Shown piece by piece: positions 1 through 12,204 of a DNA stretch of 64,000 bases. Source of the DNA: the human T2T-CHM13v2.0 reference genome, Homo sapiens; NCBI RefSeq assembly GCF_009914755.1, contig NC_060932.1; one strand, written 5' to 3'. Every line of letters begins with the position of its first letter. The first letter of the stretch is position 1. A program made the position numbers and the translations under genes. The notes beneath the pieces are model-generated. The model did no database searches. It was given only the letters and a program-made list of their open reading frames with translations, and was not told the DNA's origin.

Positions 1-890
1 CTACCAGGCCTCGTTCTGATATTTCTTCTGTCTTTTCAAATTGTGTTTTTTGCTTTTTAGTGTATCTTGTAATTTTTTTATTGATAGCCAGACATGAGAC
101 ACTGGTAAAAGGAACTGTTACAATAAGGCCTTTAGTGGTGGTAAAATGTAGGGGGATGGGCAGTGTTTATAGTCTTAGAACCAAGTCTCAGTCTTTTAGT
201 GAACCCCACACCTCTGGCTCATGAACTTCATAAATGCCTCTCAGGTTTGTTTTCTTTTTCTTTATTTTCTTTCTTTTTTTTACTTCAGGTGTTTCTACAT
301 GGAAAGCTGGAGCTGGCTGAAGTTGGGTATTTCCCTTCCTGCTGGTCAGTGTGGCTGAGATAAAACTCTGGCAGGCTCTAGTTAGCTAATTTCTCTGAGG
401 ACAGATTTTGTTGAGAACAGAGTGCACTGATATATTTCAAAATCGTTCCTTTTCCCCTCCCCCTGCCAGAATAAGAGAGGACTTTTCTCTCATATTTACT
501 ATGAGAGCCTGGTTGAATTCCTGAGACAAAACTCACAAAAGTGTGGGGCCCCCCTATGACTAGGTCCCTCAGGAGTTTTTAAGTCTCACACTTGTCTACT
601 TTGAACCACCAGCAATTTGTCAACTACGGTTCTGGATTCCCAACTCCAGCACTGGTTCCCATGGGGATTTCTGCTCCTGAGTTTCTGCTCCAGTGAGTTG
701 TGATTCTCTGTATTCATCTGCCTGTCTCTCCAGCTTTAGAGGCAGCAGTTTGCCCTGTGACCTACTTCTCTTATAGATCTAAGAAGAATTGATCCATGTT
801 GATTTTTCAGTTGCTCAGCTTTTCCCTTATTATTAGGATGGAGTGGTGACTTTCAAGCTCTTTACATGCAGAACCAGAAACCAAAGTTCC
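1..890 (-). mobile_element. Old mammalian L1 5' end/5'UTR (L1MD/L1M4-type), runs off window start
   Basis: Resembles antisense old L1M 5' region; ends in ...gaaccagaaaccaaagttcc, like the reverse complement of an L1M 5' terminus (GGACTTCCGGTTTC...). Confidence 0.6.
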
Positions 891-919
891 ACGGTAATTT
901 TTAAAGCAAAAAAAATTAC

Positions 920-1180
920 TAAATATTAAAAGGTATGGTTTTTGATTATAAAAGCATCAACCTTTAAGGAAAATGTACCATTGCAAAATTTGTATCCACC
1001 TAATAACATAGCTTCAAAATACTTTATAAAGCAAGTACTAACAGAACTAAGAGAAATAGACAAATTCAGTCACTTGGCAGAAGTTAATGCATATGTCTGT
1101 AAAGTTCTGATTAAGGTAAGCAGACATAAATTCAGTAAGAATTTGTGATATTTAAATATTATGAATAATAAATATGAATT
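920..1180 (+). mobile_element. Old L1 (L1ME-like) ORF2 endonuclease-domain fragment
   Basis: ORF 942-1148 MIIKAST..NLYPPNNIASKYFIKQVLTEL..EID aligns with L1 EN motif IMIKGSI..NIYAPNTGAPRFIKQVLSDL. Confidence 0.75.
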
Positions 1181-1199
1181 ACTCCACACAGAGAACTGT

Positions 1200-1562
1200 T
1201 GATATGGTTTGACTCTGTGTCCCCCTGCCAAATCTCATCTTGTAGCTCCCATAATTCCCACATGTTATTCCCACAGGGACCTGGTGGGAGATGTTTGAAT
1301 CACGGAGGCAGGTCTTTCCCATGCTGTTCTCATGATAGTGAATAAATATCACGAGATCTGATGGTTTTAAAAAAGAGGAGTTTCCTTGCACAAGCTCTCT
1401 CTCTTTGCTTGCCACTATCCATGTAAGATGTCACTTGCTCCTCCTTGCCTTTCACCTTCCGCCATGATTATGAGGCCTCTCCAGCCATGTGGAACTGTAA
1501 GTCCAATAAACCTCTTTCTTTTGTAAACTGCCCAGTCTCAGACATGAAAACGGACTAATACA
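1200..1562 (+). mobile_element. THE1 (THE1B-like) MaLR solo LTR
   Basis: Starts TGATATGGTTTG, ends GGACTAATACA, internal AATAAA; 5-bp TSD actgt (1195-1199)/actat (1563-1567). Confidence 0.93.
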
Positions 1563-1970
1563 ACTATGAATCTAATAACTGCAGAAAAAAATAATCCACA
1601 AGGGAATCTGAGGAATGTATAGAAAACATACTTTTATTATTGTTGATGGTGAATTAGAGGAAGTGCTTTACCCTTTGTCAAGGTAAGCCTTTCAACTGCT
1701 GCTTCTACCACCACCACCTCCATCACATTAAACTTATCTTCCTGTATTAAGTAGCTGGACAGTTGTAGACCTGCCAATGAGGAGGAAGAAGAGAAAAGAA
1801 AACCAAGGCTGTGTACTTGTAGATCTGATTTTCCAAATTCCACATTCAGATCAGGTGCTTCTTTTGTGAGGAGGGTGGCACAGAAAGTCAGAACTGTTTC
1901 TGTCCTAATTAATTTCTCTCCTGATAGTGGAAGTTTCCTCCTGGAAATATGTTAATTAGAAACTGTGCTT

Positions 1971-2472
1971 CCTTCAGATTTATCCATGTTATCATAAATG
2001 ACAGGATTCCCCTCATTTTAAAGGCTGAAGAGTATTTCATTGTTTGTATCCACTCATTCGTTGCTGGACACCTAGGTGGTTTTCACAGTTGGCTATTGTG
2101 AATAACGCTGCAATGAACTTGGAGGTACAAATATCCCTTCGACATACTAATTTCAGTTCCTTTGGCTACATACCCAGAAGTGAGATTACTGGTCCTATGG
2201 TAGTTCCATTTTCACTTTCTTGAGGAATCTCCATGTTGCTTTCTATAATGGTTATACTAATTTACATTTCCACCAACAATGTATGAGTTATGAGTTTTGT
2301 TTTCCCCACATTCTCTCCAACACTTGTTATCTTTTATCTTTTTGAAAAAAGGCATTCTTAAAGGTGTGAGGTGACATCTCATTGTGGTTTTCATTTGCAT
2401 TTTTCTCATGATTTGTGATGCTAAGCATTTTTTCATGTACCTATTGTCCATTTTTGTTTTCTTTTGAGAAAT
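1971..2472 (-). mobile_element. L1MA (MA8/9-like) inverted 5' segment (ORF2 C-terminus)
   Basis: ORF 2257-2541(-) MKKCLASQIMRKMQMKTTMRCHLTPLRM..KCWRECGE matches the L1 ORF2 C-terminal cysteine-rich region. Confidence 0.88.
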
Positions 2473-2880
2473 CTCATTATGCTGAGTGAGGTAAGTCCAG
2501 CACAGAAAGAAAGACAAATACCACATGAACTCACTTAACATGGGAATTCTAGTACAGTTGAACTTATAGAAGTAGAAAGATTGTTATCAGAGGGTATGCA
2601 GGGGTGGCACCAATAGGGAGTTGTTGATCAAAGGATACAAAGTTGCAGATAGAAGGAATAGGTTTTGAGATTTATGGCACACCAGGGTAACAGTCAATAA
2701 TAACGTATTATATATTTCAAAATAACTATGAGAGTATATTTCTAATGTTTCATACTAATAAATGACAGGCAAGCAAGGTGATAGATATGTTAGTTAGTTC
2801 AATTTAACCATGCCACATTATACAGATATATCAAAACATCACATTGTACCCCATAAATGTATACAATGGGATTAAAAAAA
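2473..2880 (+). mobile_element. L1MA 3' end with A-tail (same insertion as 1971-2472)
   Basis: cattatgctgagtgagg...aaaacatcacattgtaccccataaatgtatacaat followed by short poly(A). Confidence 0.88.
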
Positions 2881-3539
2881 GGAAATTGGGTTTCCCCCTA
2901 ACAGTATCTGAAGGAGATACTGTGATTCAGAGAATGACACAAAAATGTTATTTATAATACTATTTTAGCACTGACCATATTTTTATTTGCACAGAATGTT
3001 TGTATGCCTGACACCTCATCTCCAGAAACCAGATCTTATTAACATGTGAATTCCCAACAGTTCACATAGTTCTTGGCACATCAGAGATGTTCTATAAGAA
3101 TTTGTTGAATAAATTATGAGTCCCTCAAAATTTGGAACAAGGTGAGGAAAGGTACTTGGCAGAGACTAAAATCGATCTATGAATAATAAACAGACCTTTA
3201 CAGAAGTAGTCCTTCCTAAATCATGACACGTAAATGTCTTCCTAAGGAAACTTGGAAATCATCCAAACTCAATCAGGGTAGCTGTGTACATCCTCACATC
3301 TAAAATGTAACACAGAACAGTCATGGTTTCATCTGTTGAATTTAAACTGGACAGTCAGAGGGAAGATATGTTAATAGATCCATGTAGTATATATGGAAAT
3401 AGGGATTGGGTCAGGGTCATTAACGTAGCACAGGACAAACAGCAGCTTTCATTGGCCAATCTGAGGCTTTTGAACTAAAGATGGGGACTCAGCATTTAGA
3501 GTGCCAGGAAATCCTATTCAACCCCCCATTTCAACCCTT

Positions 3540-3680
3540 AAAGCAGGAATCATTAGCCCTTTGTAATGGAATGAAACACTAAGGTCCAAAGAGAATGAAT
3601 ATTTACTCTAATTATTGCTGTTTGAGAATCAAATCTTAATCTTTCTAATCCCCAAACCCTAGACTCTTTCAACTTTCCTA
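3540..3680 (-). mobile_element. MIR fragment
   Basis: gaaacactaaggtccaaagag resembles the MIR core gaaactgaggcccagagag. Confidence 0.5.
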
Positions 3681-3924
3681 TACAAGTTCCCCAAAATTGC
3701 CTCTAAAAGATGTTTCGTGTTTACTCCCTTTTCTTGTTAAGGAAGGTACTGATATGGACTTTACTGTCTTTGGAAATTTCCTTCACAGGGGGAAAATGTG
3801 ATGACACACAAGAACAGTTTCATTCCTATTATATTTATATTCTCTATCTTTCATTTATAAAATGGACCCTGGCTTAATAATCAATATCTAATGATATTGC
3901 TTAGTCATTGACTGTATTCACTTC

Positions 3925-3971
3925 TTTTTTTAGTAATTCCAATTTTTATTTTAGATTCAGGGGGAACATGC
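3925..3971 (-). mobile_element. Very short L1PA15/16- or L1PB-type 3' terminus
   Basis: tttttattttagattcagggggaacatgc is the antisense L1 3' tip; the same motif occurs at 38071. Confidence 0.55.
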
Positions 3972-4989
3972 TCTTTTAGTTCCTCCTTCCTTACTCTCAT
4001 CTATTTGTTGCCCCTCCTTTGTTGTTAACTCTTATCTTTTTACCACTGCAGAGTTTTTAATTTTAGTCAACCTTACATATCTTTCCACTCATTCTTTAAC
4101 CCACATTATTATGGCTTCTATTTCTGCTTTTTTCAAAGTTCACAAGTTGACTCCTGCTTTATCTGACACTGTAGTTTAAACTCTGTCCTTTCTCAGTTTC
4201 TCTGTCTGTAATCTCTTCTTATCCTTCTAACTATGCATTCTCAGCCTTCTTTATAGCTTCTCTTTCTGTTTCCTCTGTTTGAACAAGTATTCTCCAGTGA
4301 TCAGTCCTCTGCATTCTTGCTACTTTTATCTTTGTTCCATTTCCGAGTAGTTTCTAGGAGTCCAAGGATTCACCAAGGAGATGTGATGGTATGAAGGAAA
4401 ATAATGAGGACAAAGGGGGAATATGGCACATCTTCTTTGAACATTTATTTTTATTAAGATTTGGAGATAGATTGTTTTATAACAAGACATAAATGGATAT
4501 ATTATAAAATAAAAAGACAAAATTTACATAAAATTTTAAAATGAGACATGAGGCATGAAGAAAAGTCAAAGTCATTGCATCTGATTTTAAGCCATGTCTC
4601 CAGAATCCCTGGGCATATTTTTTCATTATTGTCCATTATCACAAGTACATTTATGGAAAAACAAGTGTGCACAGAACTCATGTAAGATCTTGTTTTATGA
4701 CTGATAAATTATATCAATAAACCTAATGAATTTTGAGTCCTAACTTCAAATCCCCAAATGTTTCCTAAATTTTAATGATTACTATTATTATTCTAATCAT
4801 TCCTAAGCTGTTAATGCTAATTTGATAAGCACTATTGCACAGAATAGTACAGAATTGTCCTCTGGCAGGAGCAGGGCGTTAAAATAGGGGTGACTATCTT
4901 CTTGTCCAAAAACCTGCTCTAGAGAGCTGGGAAAACAAGACACTTGGATCAGGAATGCCTAGTATGTATTTATGAACCAACAGTTGTAA

Positions 4990-5850
4990 AATAGTGTCAC
5001 AAATTATGCCATGGGACTGAGAGGTATCACCTAGGAGAGTGCACTGTTGCTCAACACAAGAAGACCTCCAGCCCTCCTTTGCTATAAAGTGGGTCTTCTG
5101 GGTTGATACAATGTTAGGAATCCCACACTAGCATATCATGCTGTAAGCATTCAAATCGTGGTCGTTGCTTAAATTTCAAAGGTAATAAAGGCTAATACTA
5201 ACCCAAAATATTGTGTCTGTTCCTGTGAGAATGAACCACTGGTTTATCTAGAACAGAATAGGCCTGATGTGGTCAACTCATCTTGTCAAGGATTGGTGCT
5301 ATGTCAAGAGTTCATTGTTTTATTTCTTCTGCTGGATCATCCAACATCCATTGCCATGCCATTTCAGTAGCTCGTCAGCCTTGGTCAGTGGGAGTCCATG
5401 CCGTAGGACTTGTGCGTAATCTCCATCTCTGCCACCTTGGCCACATCGCTCATGTGCCTATCACACCAACACTGGGGTTGCTGATGAAAGAAGCTGGTTG
5501 ATATCAACTAACTAATCATTTTGTCTCCTTGGCTGCTTAGTGCCTTTCTGATGGTAGGTACTCTCAGGTGGCTGTTCATCTGTTGTACAATGATACATTG
5601 TGCCTACTTCCAAATGCACATTCATATGCCTGTAGCCAAAACTCCTGCCTCTGGTCTTCCAATGCCTTTCTTTCCACATCACTGACCAGCCTGCCAGGCC
5701 ATTTACACCTGTCCATGTGTCCATATATATTCTAACCTTGGCCAATTATCTTTTCTCACAAAATGGATATCCATAAAATGGATAACCAGGGGCAATGCTC
5801 AAAGCTCTGGGCAGGAGCTTTCTTCCTTGCTATTGCCTTTCAAGATCACT
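4990..5850 (-). mobile_element. ERVL-class internal pol relic (RNase H and integrase), HERV16/ERV3-16A3-like
   Basis: Minus-strand translations VRIYMDTWTGVNGLAGWSVMWKE (RNase H), AHERCGQGGRDGDYAQVLRHGLPLTKAD (integrase N-terminus), VDHIRP and QWFILTGTDT (integrase core) match ERVL pol; many stops and frameshifts. Confidence 0.85.
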
Positions 5851-5859
5851 AATGCAATG

Positions 5860-6146
5860 CACACTAAACCAAGAGTCAGCTTGGTGGGGAGTTCTCGAGT
5901 TAGTATTACCTGTCAGAGTATCCCTCAGTGACCCCACCTGAGTGGTTTTTATGCCCTTACCTCACTTTGTTATAAGATGTAGTCTGCCCAAGGAAGAATG
6001 AGACCTCAGGTCAGGTGGTTCCTTGACGCTGAGGTAGATCCTGAAGAAGCTGATGGCTGGAGGATGTCTGCTGATTCCTGTCCCCTGTAGTCGGTAGCAA
6101 GTCCTTCCTGAAGGGTAATCTCAACAGTGCATCTCTCTGTCTACCA
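5860..6146 (-). mobile_element. LTR16-family (LTR16C-like) ERVL LTR
   Basis: Reverse complement begins TGGTAGACAGAGAGATGCACTG..CCCTTCAGGAAGGACTTGCT, like the LTR16C 5' end; same orientation as the adjacent pol relic. Confidence 0.65.
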
Positions 6147-6281
6147 ATCCTTTTCTTAACACAATGCCTGGAATATAGTATATTTTGAATGTGTATTTCT
6201 TTTCTAAGAAACACAAAAACATGGCCACAGTGACTTCTTCTATTTTCTTAGTATGAAAAGATCTCTAAAGTTAAGTGGTTA

Positions 6282-6496
6282 CTTGTGTTGGTTCAATACA
6301 TCAATAATATCTACAACTTTCTTGACATTATCCTCATGGTTGCAAAGTGGCAACTATCACATTCCAGGCAGGAATGAGAAAGTGATTGCTTATGTTGGTT
6401 CAGTACATCAATAGTGTCTTTAACTTTCTTGCCATTATCCTCATGGTCACAAGTTGGCAACTATCACATTCCAGACAAGAATGAGAAAGGGCATTG
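6282..6496. repeat. Two-copy tandem duplication, 107-bp period
   Basis: ctt(g/a)tgttggttca(a/g)tacatcaata...aactttcttg(a/c)cattatcctcatggt...ggcaactatcacattccag...gaatgagaaag begins at 6282 and 6389. Confidence 0.95.
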
Positions 6497-6546
6497 CAGT
6501 ATGTTGTCCTTCTTTATCAGAAAATCAAAACCTTTTTAAGAAATCT

Positions 6547-6966
6547 GCACATATACACCATGGAATACTATGCAGCCATAAAAAATGATCAGTTCATGTC
6601 CTTTGTAGGGACATGAATGAAATTGGAAATCATCATTCTCAGTAAACTATCACAAGAACAAAAAACCAAACACCGCATATTCTCACTCATAGGTGGGAAT
6701 TGAACAATGAGAACACATGGACACAGGAAGGGGAAAATCACACTCTGGGGACTGTTGTGGGCTGGGGGGAGGGGGGAGGGATAGCAATGGGAGATATACC
6801 TAATGCTAGATGACGAGTTAGTGGGTGCAGCGCACCAGCATGGCACATGTATACATATGTAACTAACCTGCACATTGTGCACATGTTCCCTAAAACTTAA
6901 AGTATAATAATAAATTTTAAAAAAGTAAAAAAAAAAAAGAAAAAGTAAAAAAAATAAAAAAAAAAG
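6547..6966 (+). mobile_element. 5'-truncated young L1 (L1PA2-like) 3' end
   Basis: Near-consensus L1 3'UTR with gctagatgacGAGttagtgggtgcagcgcacc, G-rich tract and A-tail; TSD aagaaatctgca (6538-6549)/aagaattctgca (6964-6975) at a TTTT/AA site. Confidence 0.96.
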
Positions 6967-8299
6967 AATTCTGCAGGAAAACTTCCTTTTCTTAGGCCTC
7001 TTTGGGCAGAACTAAGATACACTAGAGCTTCCAAGAATGCTGAGAATAGGATTGTCGAGATTAACTTACACCAATAAAAATTTATTGCTTGGATGTGGAT
7101 ACAATGCTCCCTCTCAAAATGGAAAAAAAATAACATGAGAGGGCTGCTAGCCTGAAAAAAGGAAAGGAAGTTGAACATTAGGTAGAATACTAACAATATC
7201 TGCCCACTTCATATATGTTTATTGAATAGGGAATGATTTTTTGTTGTCATGCAAATAATTCCTCCAACAGGAACAAGTTTGACTAAATCATTCTGAGGTC
7301 ATTTCAACCTCAGTCTTGAACTAAAGGAAACATTAAAGGCCATCCGTAATTAACAAAAAGAAATATCTTAATTATGGCAAACCATCAAGACAGCCAGAAA
7401 AAAAATAGAGAAAAATTATTTAGCGTCATAGCCAGACTCATTTGGTATCCCCAGAGGAATCTTCAGGCAGCCATTGACTTTCTGAGCAGAGCTGCTGAGG
7501 CAAGGGTAAGCCAAAGAGGAATAATAACCACTCTGTCCTTCCAGTGGATCAGGAAAATAATGATCAGCTGTAGGGTCTATGAAAAGCCTCAATCTTACCA
7601 CCTTTAACGACCCACCCCCGCCTTCCTCCCCACCCCTGACGGATTCCCCTACTCAAAATCTGACGTAAATTGTTTCCTTACCATGGCAAGCTGCCCAAGA
7701 TTTCTGGGAAGTATGTTTAAACAGGAGTCCTGCCAGGGCTGAAATCAGCAGTGCTTCTGTGTAGCCTGCAATGTAAGCTGTAATTAGGGATATTGAGATC
7801 CCTGAATTTGTAGGCCAAGTAAGTGTGTATGTATAGGGTGGGTGTATAAACACACACACATTATTATGTGTGTGTTTGTATATACTTGTGTATATAAAAT
7901 TGTATATATACAACAAAATTACATAATTACATAAATATGTAATTACATATATAATTTTCTATTCATTTATTAACTTAAAATATGAAAAAAAACAAAGAAA
8001 ACAAAAGACTTTGTTAGTTTGATGGAGGGTGGCAATCTTCCCAAGTCTGTTTTCTTTCTCCTCTATTTTCAATCATTCATTAACTCATTTATGCATTCTT
8101 TCCATTAAAGAACTATTCTTGGGTCAAGAGAGGCTAGCAAGATAAATACGGACTGCATCCTCACAGAGCTTATGGTGAAAGGCTGACTTTAACCCAATAT
8201 TTAACATCATTTTTCGATGACATCTACTCTTTTTCCTCCTTCTGCTTTTCCTATTCTTCACTATTTCAGGGTTGAAGTAAAATATTGCCTGCTGGGATG

Positions 8300-8430
8300 A
8301 TATAGTTGAAGAAGCAGGAGCTAGGGAATAAAACGATTTTGATTGGAATTCCAGCTGAACCACTTGCAAACTATTGGACCTTCAGAAATTTACTAAACCC
8401 ACATCAGTTCCTTTTTATTTTTCATCTGAG
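8300..8430 (+). mobile_element. MIR fragment
   Basis: ggaattccagctgaaccacttgcaaactattggaccttcagaaatttactaaacc..catcagtt. Confidence 0.6.
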
Positions 8431-8594
8431 CAGGTGCCCAGTGGTCTATTCACATACTGATATACCCCTTTTTCATTCTTCATTTCCTCAGCTGTACTTT
8501 CTTAAGCCACCCCAAAACTTGTTGGTAATTTCTCATGAAGTCATCTCTCTTCTTGGCATACAGAGATATTCCTTGTGTCCTAATGACTCCGTTC

Positions 8595-9570
8595 TTTATT
8601 TGTTAAACTTAGTAAAATTGTATTGAGGAATAACACACATACACAAAAGTATACAAATTACATATGTGCAGTTTTATGGATTTTCATAAACTTGAACAAA
8701 CCTGTATAACCAGCATCCATATCATAAAATTGAACATTATCGGCTTCCCAGAATCCCTTGTACCCTCATCTGATCTCTGCACCCGAAAAGTAACTATTAT
8801 TCTAATTTCTATCACCAAGATTACTTTTAACTCTTGCTAAAATCTGTATTAACAGGATTATACTCTAGGCACTCTTTTGCTTAGGGCTTCTCTCACTAAC
8901 TCAATGTTTATAAGATAAATTAATGTTGCTGACTACAGTTGCGTCTTTCATTCTCATTGCTATATAATATTTTATTATATAAACACATCACAGTTTGCCT
9001 ATCTGTCCTTCTGTGGATAAATATTTATATTATTCTACTTTAAGACCATTATAGTGTTGCTGTAAATATTCTCAAAGATGATTTTCTTTTGTTGATATAT
9101 GTTGACAAGTGTTCATTTAGGTACCTAGGACTGAATAACTGGGTCATAGGATATGAAAATGTCCAACTTTAGTCAACACTGCCAAACAGTTTCCCAAAGT
9201 GTTTGCAACAACATATGCTCCTGCAGGCAGTGTGTAAGAGTTTCTGTTGCTCAACATGGTCACTAACTTTAGATATGTTTGCCTTTTTCATTTGAATCAT
9301 TCTGGTTAATGCATAGTGACATTGCATTGTGATTTTAACTTTCACTTCCCTGATGACTAATGGAGCTGAACAACTTTTCCTAAGTTTATCGGTGATTTAA
9401 ATATACTCTTATGAAGTTTCTATTCAGGCTTTTTGCCCAAGTTTTGCTGTTGAGTTGTCTGTCTTGTACTTATTGACTAGTAGCAGTTCTTTATATATTT
9501 TGGATATAAATCCTTTGTTAGCATGTGTATTGCAATTATCTACCCTTACCCTGTGGCTTACCTTTGGTTT
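8595..9570 (-). mobile_element. L1ME/L1MD-type 3' end
   Basis: Antisense L1M 3'UTR (ttgaggaataacac..ataaccagcatcc..cccagaatccc) continuing into ORF2 C-terminus (ORF 9424-9648 GFISKIYKELL). Confidence 0.85.
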
Positions 9571-11123
9571 TGACTCATTTTGTTCATTATTGAATATTTT
9601 GCAATATCCTGATGTTGTGAAAACATCAGTAAAATCATGACTCTGCATCTTCTTTTCTGTGAAAATTCAAATGTGTTCATCATCTTCTCTAAATCTCAGC
9701 TCCCTATATACAAAATGAAAATAATGACCTCTGCATAACCTACGTGATATTGTTTTTGGGAGGAACAAGTAGATACTTCATGTGCAATAGTTTGAGAATT
9801 TATACAGTATTTAGGTTACAAATTATAACTATGGTTTAATCATCTTTATGGATTACTTTTATTACTATTAGTAGTCATTGTCTCCAGAGAAAGAAATAAT
9901 CAAGTTTTGTGCTGCGTAGAAAAATAGAATAGGTAGAAATCCTGTGAGAGTGATATCCTTGTTCGTAGCTGTGGGACAAAGAACTTTTAGTTATGGCACC
10001 TATACAGGAATAGAATCTCGTAAGACTGATATAATTCTCCCAGATATGAGCCTCAGCACTTACATAATAAATATTTTTAGAACCTGATATTCTTTATTTC
10101 TCATTTCTTCTAGGTCCTCTTACTTCCAAATGAATATATCCAATTAGGCAAAAATATCTTCCCCGAGAAAGTGGTGCCATTCTCCAGGAACCTCGAATGG
10201 ACCTATATCAGAATAAGGTTTTTAATCTATTTTATTCCCACAAGGCAAGTAGCAATTGACTTTTCTTGAGAACTTAGTGATTTAGGACTGTGGGCGATAA
10301 AAGAAATATTTAATTAATAAGAGGTCAGATGCTGACACTTTGGGATAATCTCATCCTGCCTCCTACTTTCATACCTGGGAAAACTGAGGCTATGAGAGAG
10401 AATTACATACGTAAAGAGGTACCTGAAGTAAGGGAAGGACAAAAGACTAGAATTATGCTTTAGATATTCTGGAGGCAGCCTCTGCATCTGGAGGCAGGGT
10501 CTGTATCTGTTTTATTCACAGCTATAGTATGTGGTGCACCAACACAATACCTGTCCATCAGCCTGCCTGCTACTTTTTAAACACAAAACTCATTCCCATC
10601 TTCAAGGAGAACCAACTTAATAAACACTTAGCTCTTAAAAATATATAACATAACAAAAACAACTAATTGTACAGGAAATTTACACAGCTGGGAAAATTTG
10701 TACAAATAATCATTTGTACTTATGAGATCCTAGTCGTGTTCCTCTGAGAATCCTTCCAAAACCACCCACACCTTAAGACAAGAGTTAACTTGTATTCTCA
10801 TAGCAATGTTCTTAATTCTATCACAGTAGTGTGTATTTTACTACCTCATATTATACATAGCTATTCATGTTTTTAAATCCGCTAGACTGTGACTAATACA
10901 GACCTTGGTAAAATAATGTGCATTTTAGTAAATAGCATTTCCACTTCTTATTCTGAGCCTTTAGGGGAAAAAAAAGTCAGACTTCGGTGTGGCCTGGCTG
11001 TGGTCAAGTGAACTAGGTACCTGGTAGGTGATCCATAAACAGCTGTTACAGGAGTGATTTAATCAACCAACAAATATTTAATGGTTGATTTGTATACTAC
11101 TCTAGTATCTCAATCTATATTCC

Positions 11124-11330
11124 CAGTGCTACTCAACCGAGGAAAAATTTGTCCCCTTCCCCCAGGAGAGATTTAGATATTTTTGGTTTCCACAATTGTG
11201 GGGGAGCGGATGGGAGTACTGAGTGTATATAGGCACCTAGTGGGTAGAGATCAGGGATGCACAGGATAGCCCCTACAGCAAGGACTTATCCGGCCCAAAA
11301 TGTCAATAGTGCCAAAGCTGAAAAACCCTG
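11124..11330 (+). mobile_element. MER20 (hAT-Charlie) DNA transposon
   Basis: CAGTG..CTCAACC start, ctagtgggtagag..cagggatgc, ggcccaaaatgtcaatagtgcc..gaaaaaccctg end. Confidence 0.9.
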
Positions 11331-11679
11331 CTATGTATCCATTGTGACTAAAGTGTTACCTAATGGCTTGCATAGTCCAGAAGAAAGACTACAATTGGTT
11401 TAATTAGGAGATACATCTCCTTTAAGGGGAAGAAGTATGCAATTACACAGCTCTTTTTCTTTAAACCTTGAAGTGAACGAGCCAATCAGCCTTGTTCATC
11501 TGTGGAGATTCAACAATGAGTGTTCTGATCCAATCGAGAGGTTACCTTCTAATCATTTAGGTCATTGAACAATTGCTTATTGTATGCCTAACAGTTGCCT
11601 ATCACTGTACTAAACTAAAAGACAAGGCAAAATAGAAACAATTTCCATGGAATTACTGCTTTCCCCTTTTCAAAACACT

Positions 11680-11790
11680 TTTATTTTGTGATCTCACAAC
11701 TCCACTTTAAGATAAGGAGGACATGTATTATTGGCCCAATCTGACAGGTGAAGAAACTAAGACACAGAGCTATAAATAAATAGAGCCCCT
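11680..11790 (-). mobile_element. MIR fragment
   Basis: atctcacaactcc..tattattggcccaatctgacaggtgaagaaactaagacacagag. Confidence 0.7.
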
Positions 11791-12204
11791 ATCTGCCAAA
11801 GATTAGAATTCTCTCACTAATATAAATGTGAAACCATTGCTTGTATAAAATTGGCAACAAGCAACACAATGAAACCTATTAAAATGGCATGACCACTTTG
11901 TAGTTGCCTATTTGGAGTCAAAAAAGTGGTAAAGGAAAGCAACGCTAACTCTTCCTCAGGCACCTCTTTGGTAAAACCACCCATTGCAATCAGGATTAAG
12001 AAGCTCAGCTGAACTAACTAGTCCTACAAGATTCTCCCTATCTGGGTGGATCTGATGGTCCCATTAAGATCAGCACACCTCAGCATAATTGAACTAGTTT
12101 CTGTGAGCTATCTTGTAAGACTTTATCATTTAAAATAAGTACAAGCATATATAAAAATAATAAATGCACATTTTAGTAAATAACAGGCCTTATTTTTCTG
12201 AATT

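Larger units (their letters stand above)
6200..7210 (-). mobile_element. Old MLT1-type MaLR LTR, interrupted by an L1PA insertion
   Basis: cctcatggtcacaagttggc..cacattccaggcagga and ggcagaactaagatacac motifs; sequence resumes after the L1 TSD. Confidence 0.55.

Noticed and set aside
4330-4800. AT-rich stretch vaguely like an old DNA-transposon fragment
   Set aside because: I could not find TIRs or a translatable motif, so it is left uncalled.
7848-7877. Hairpin aaacacacaca..tgtgtgtgttt as a miRNA-like stem
   Set aside because: Formed by abutting CA and TG microsatellites; too short and low in complexity.
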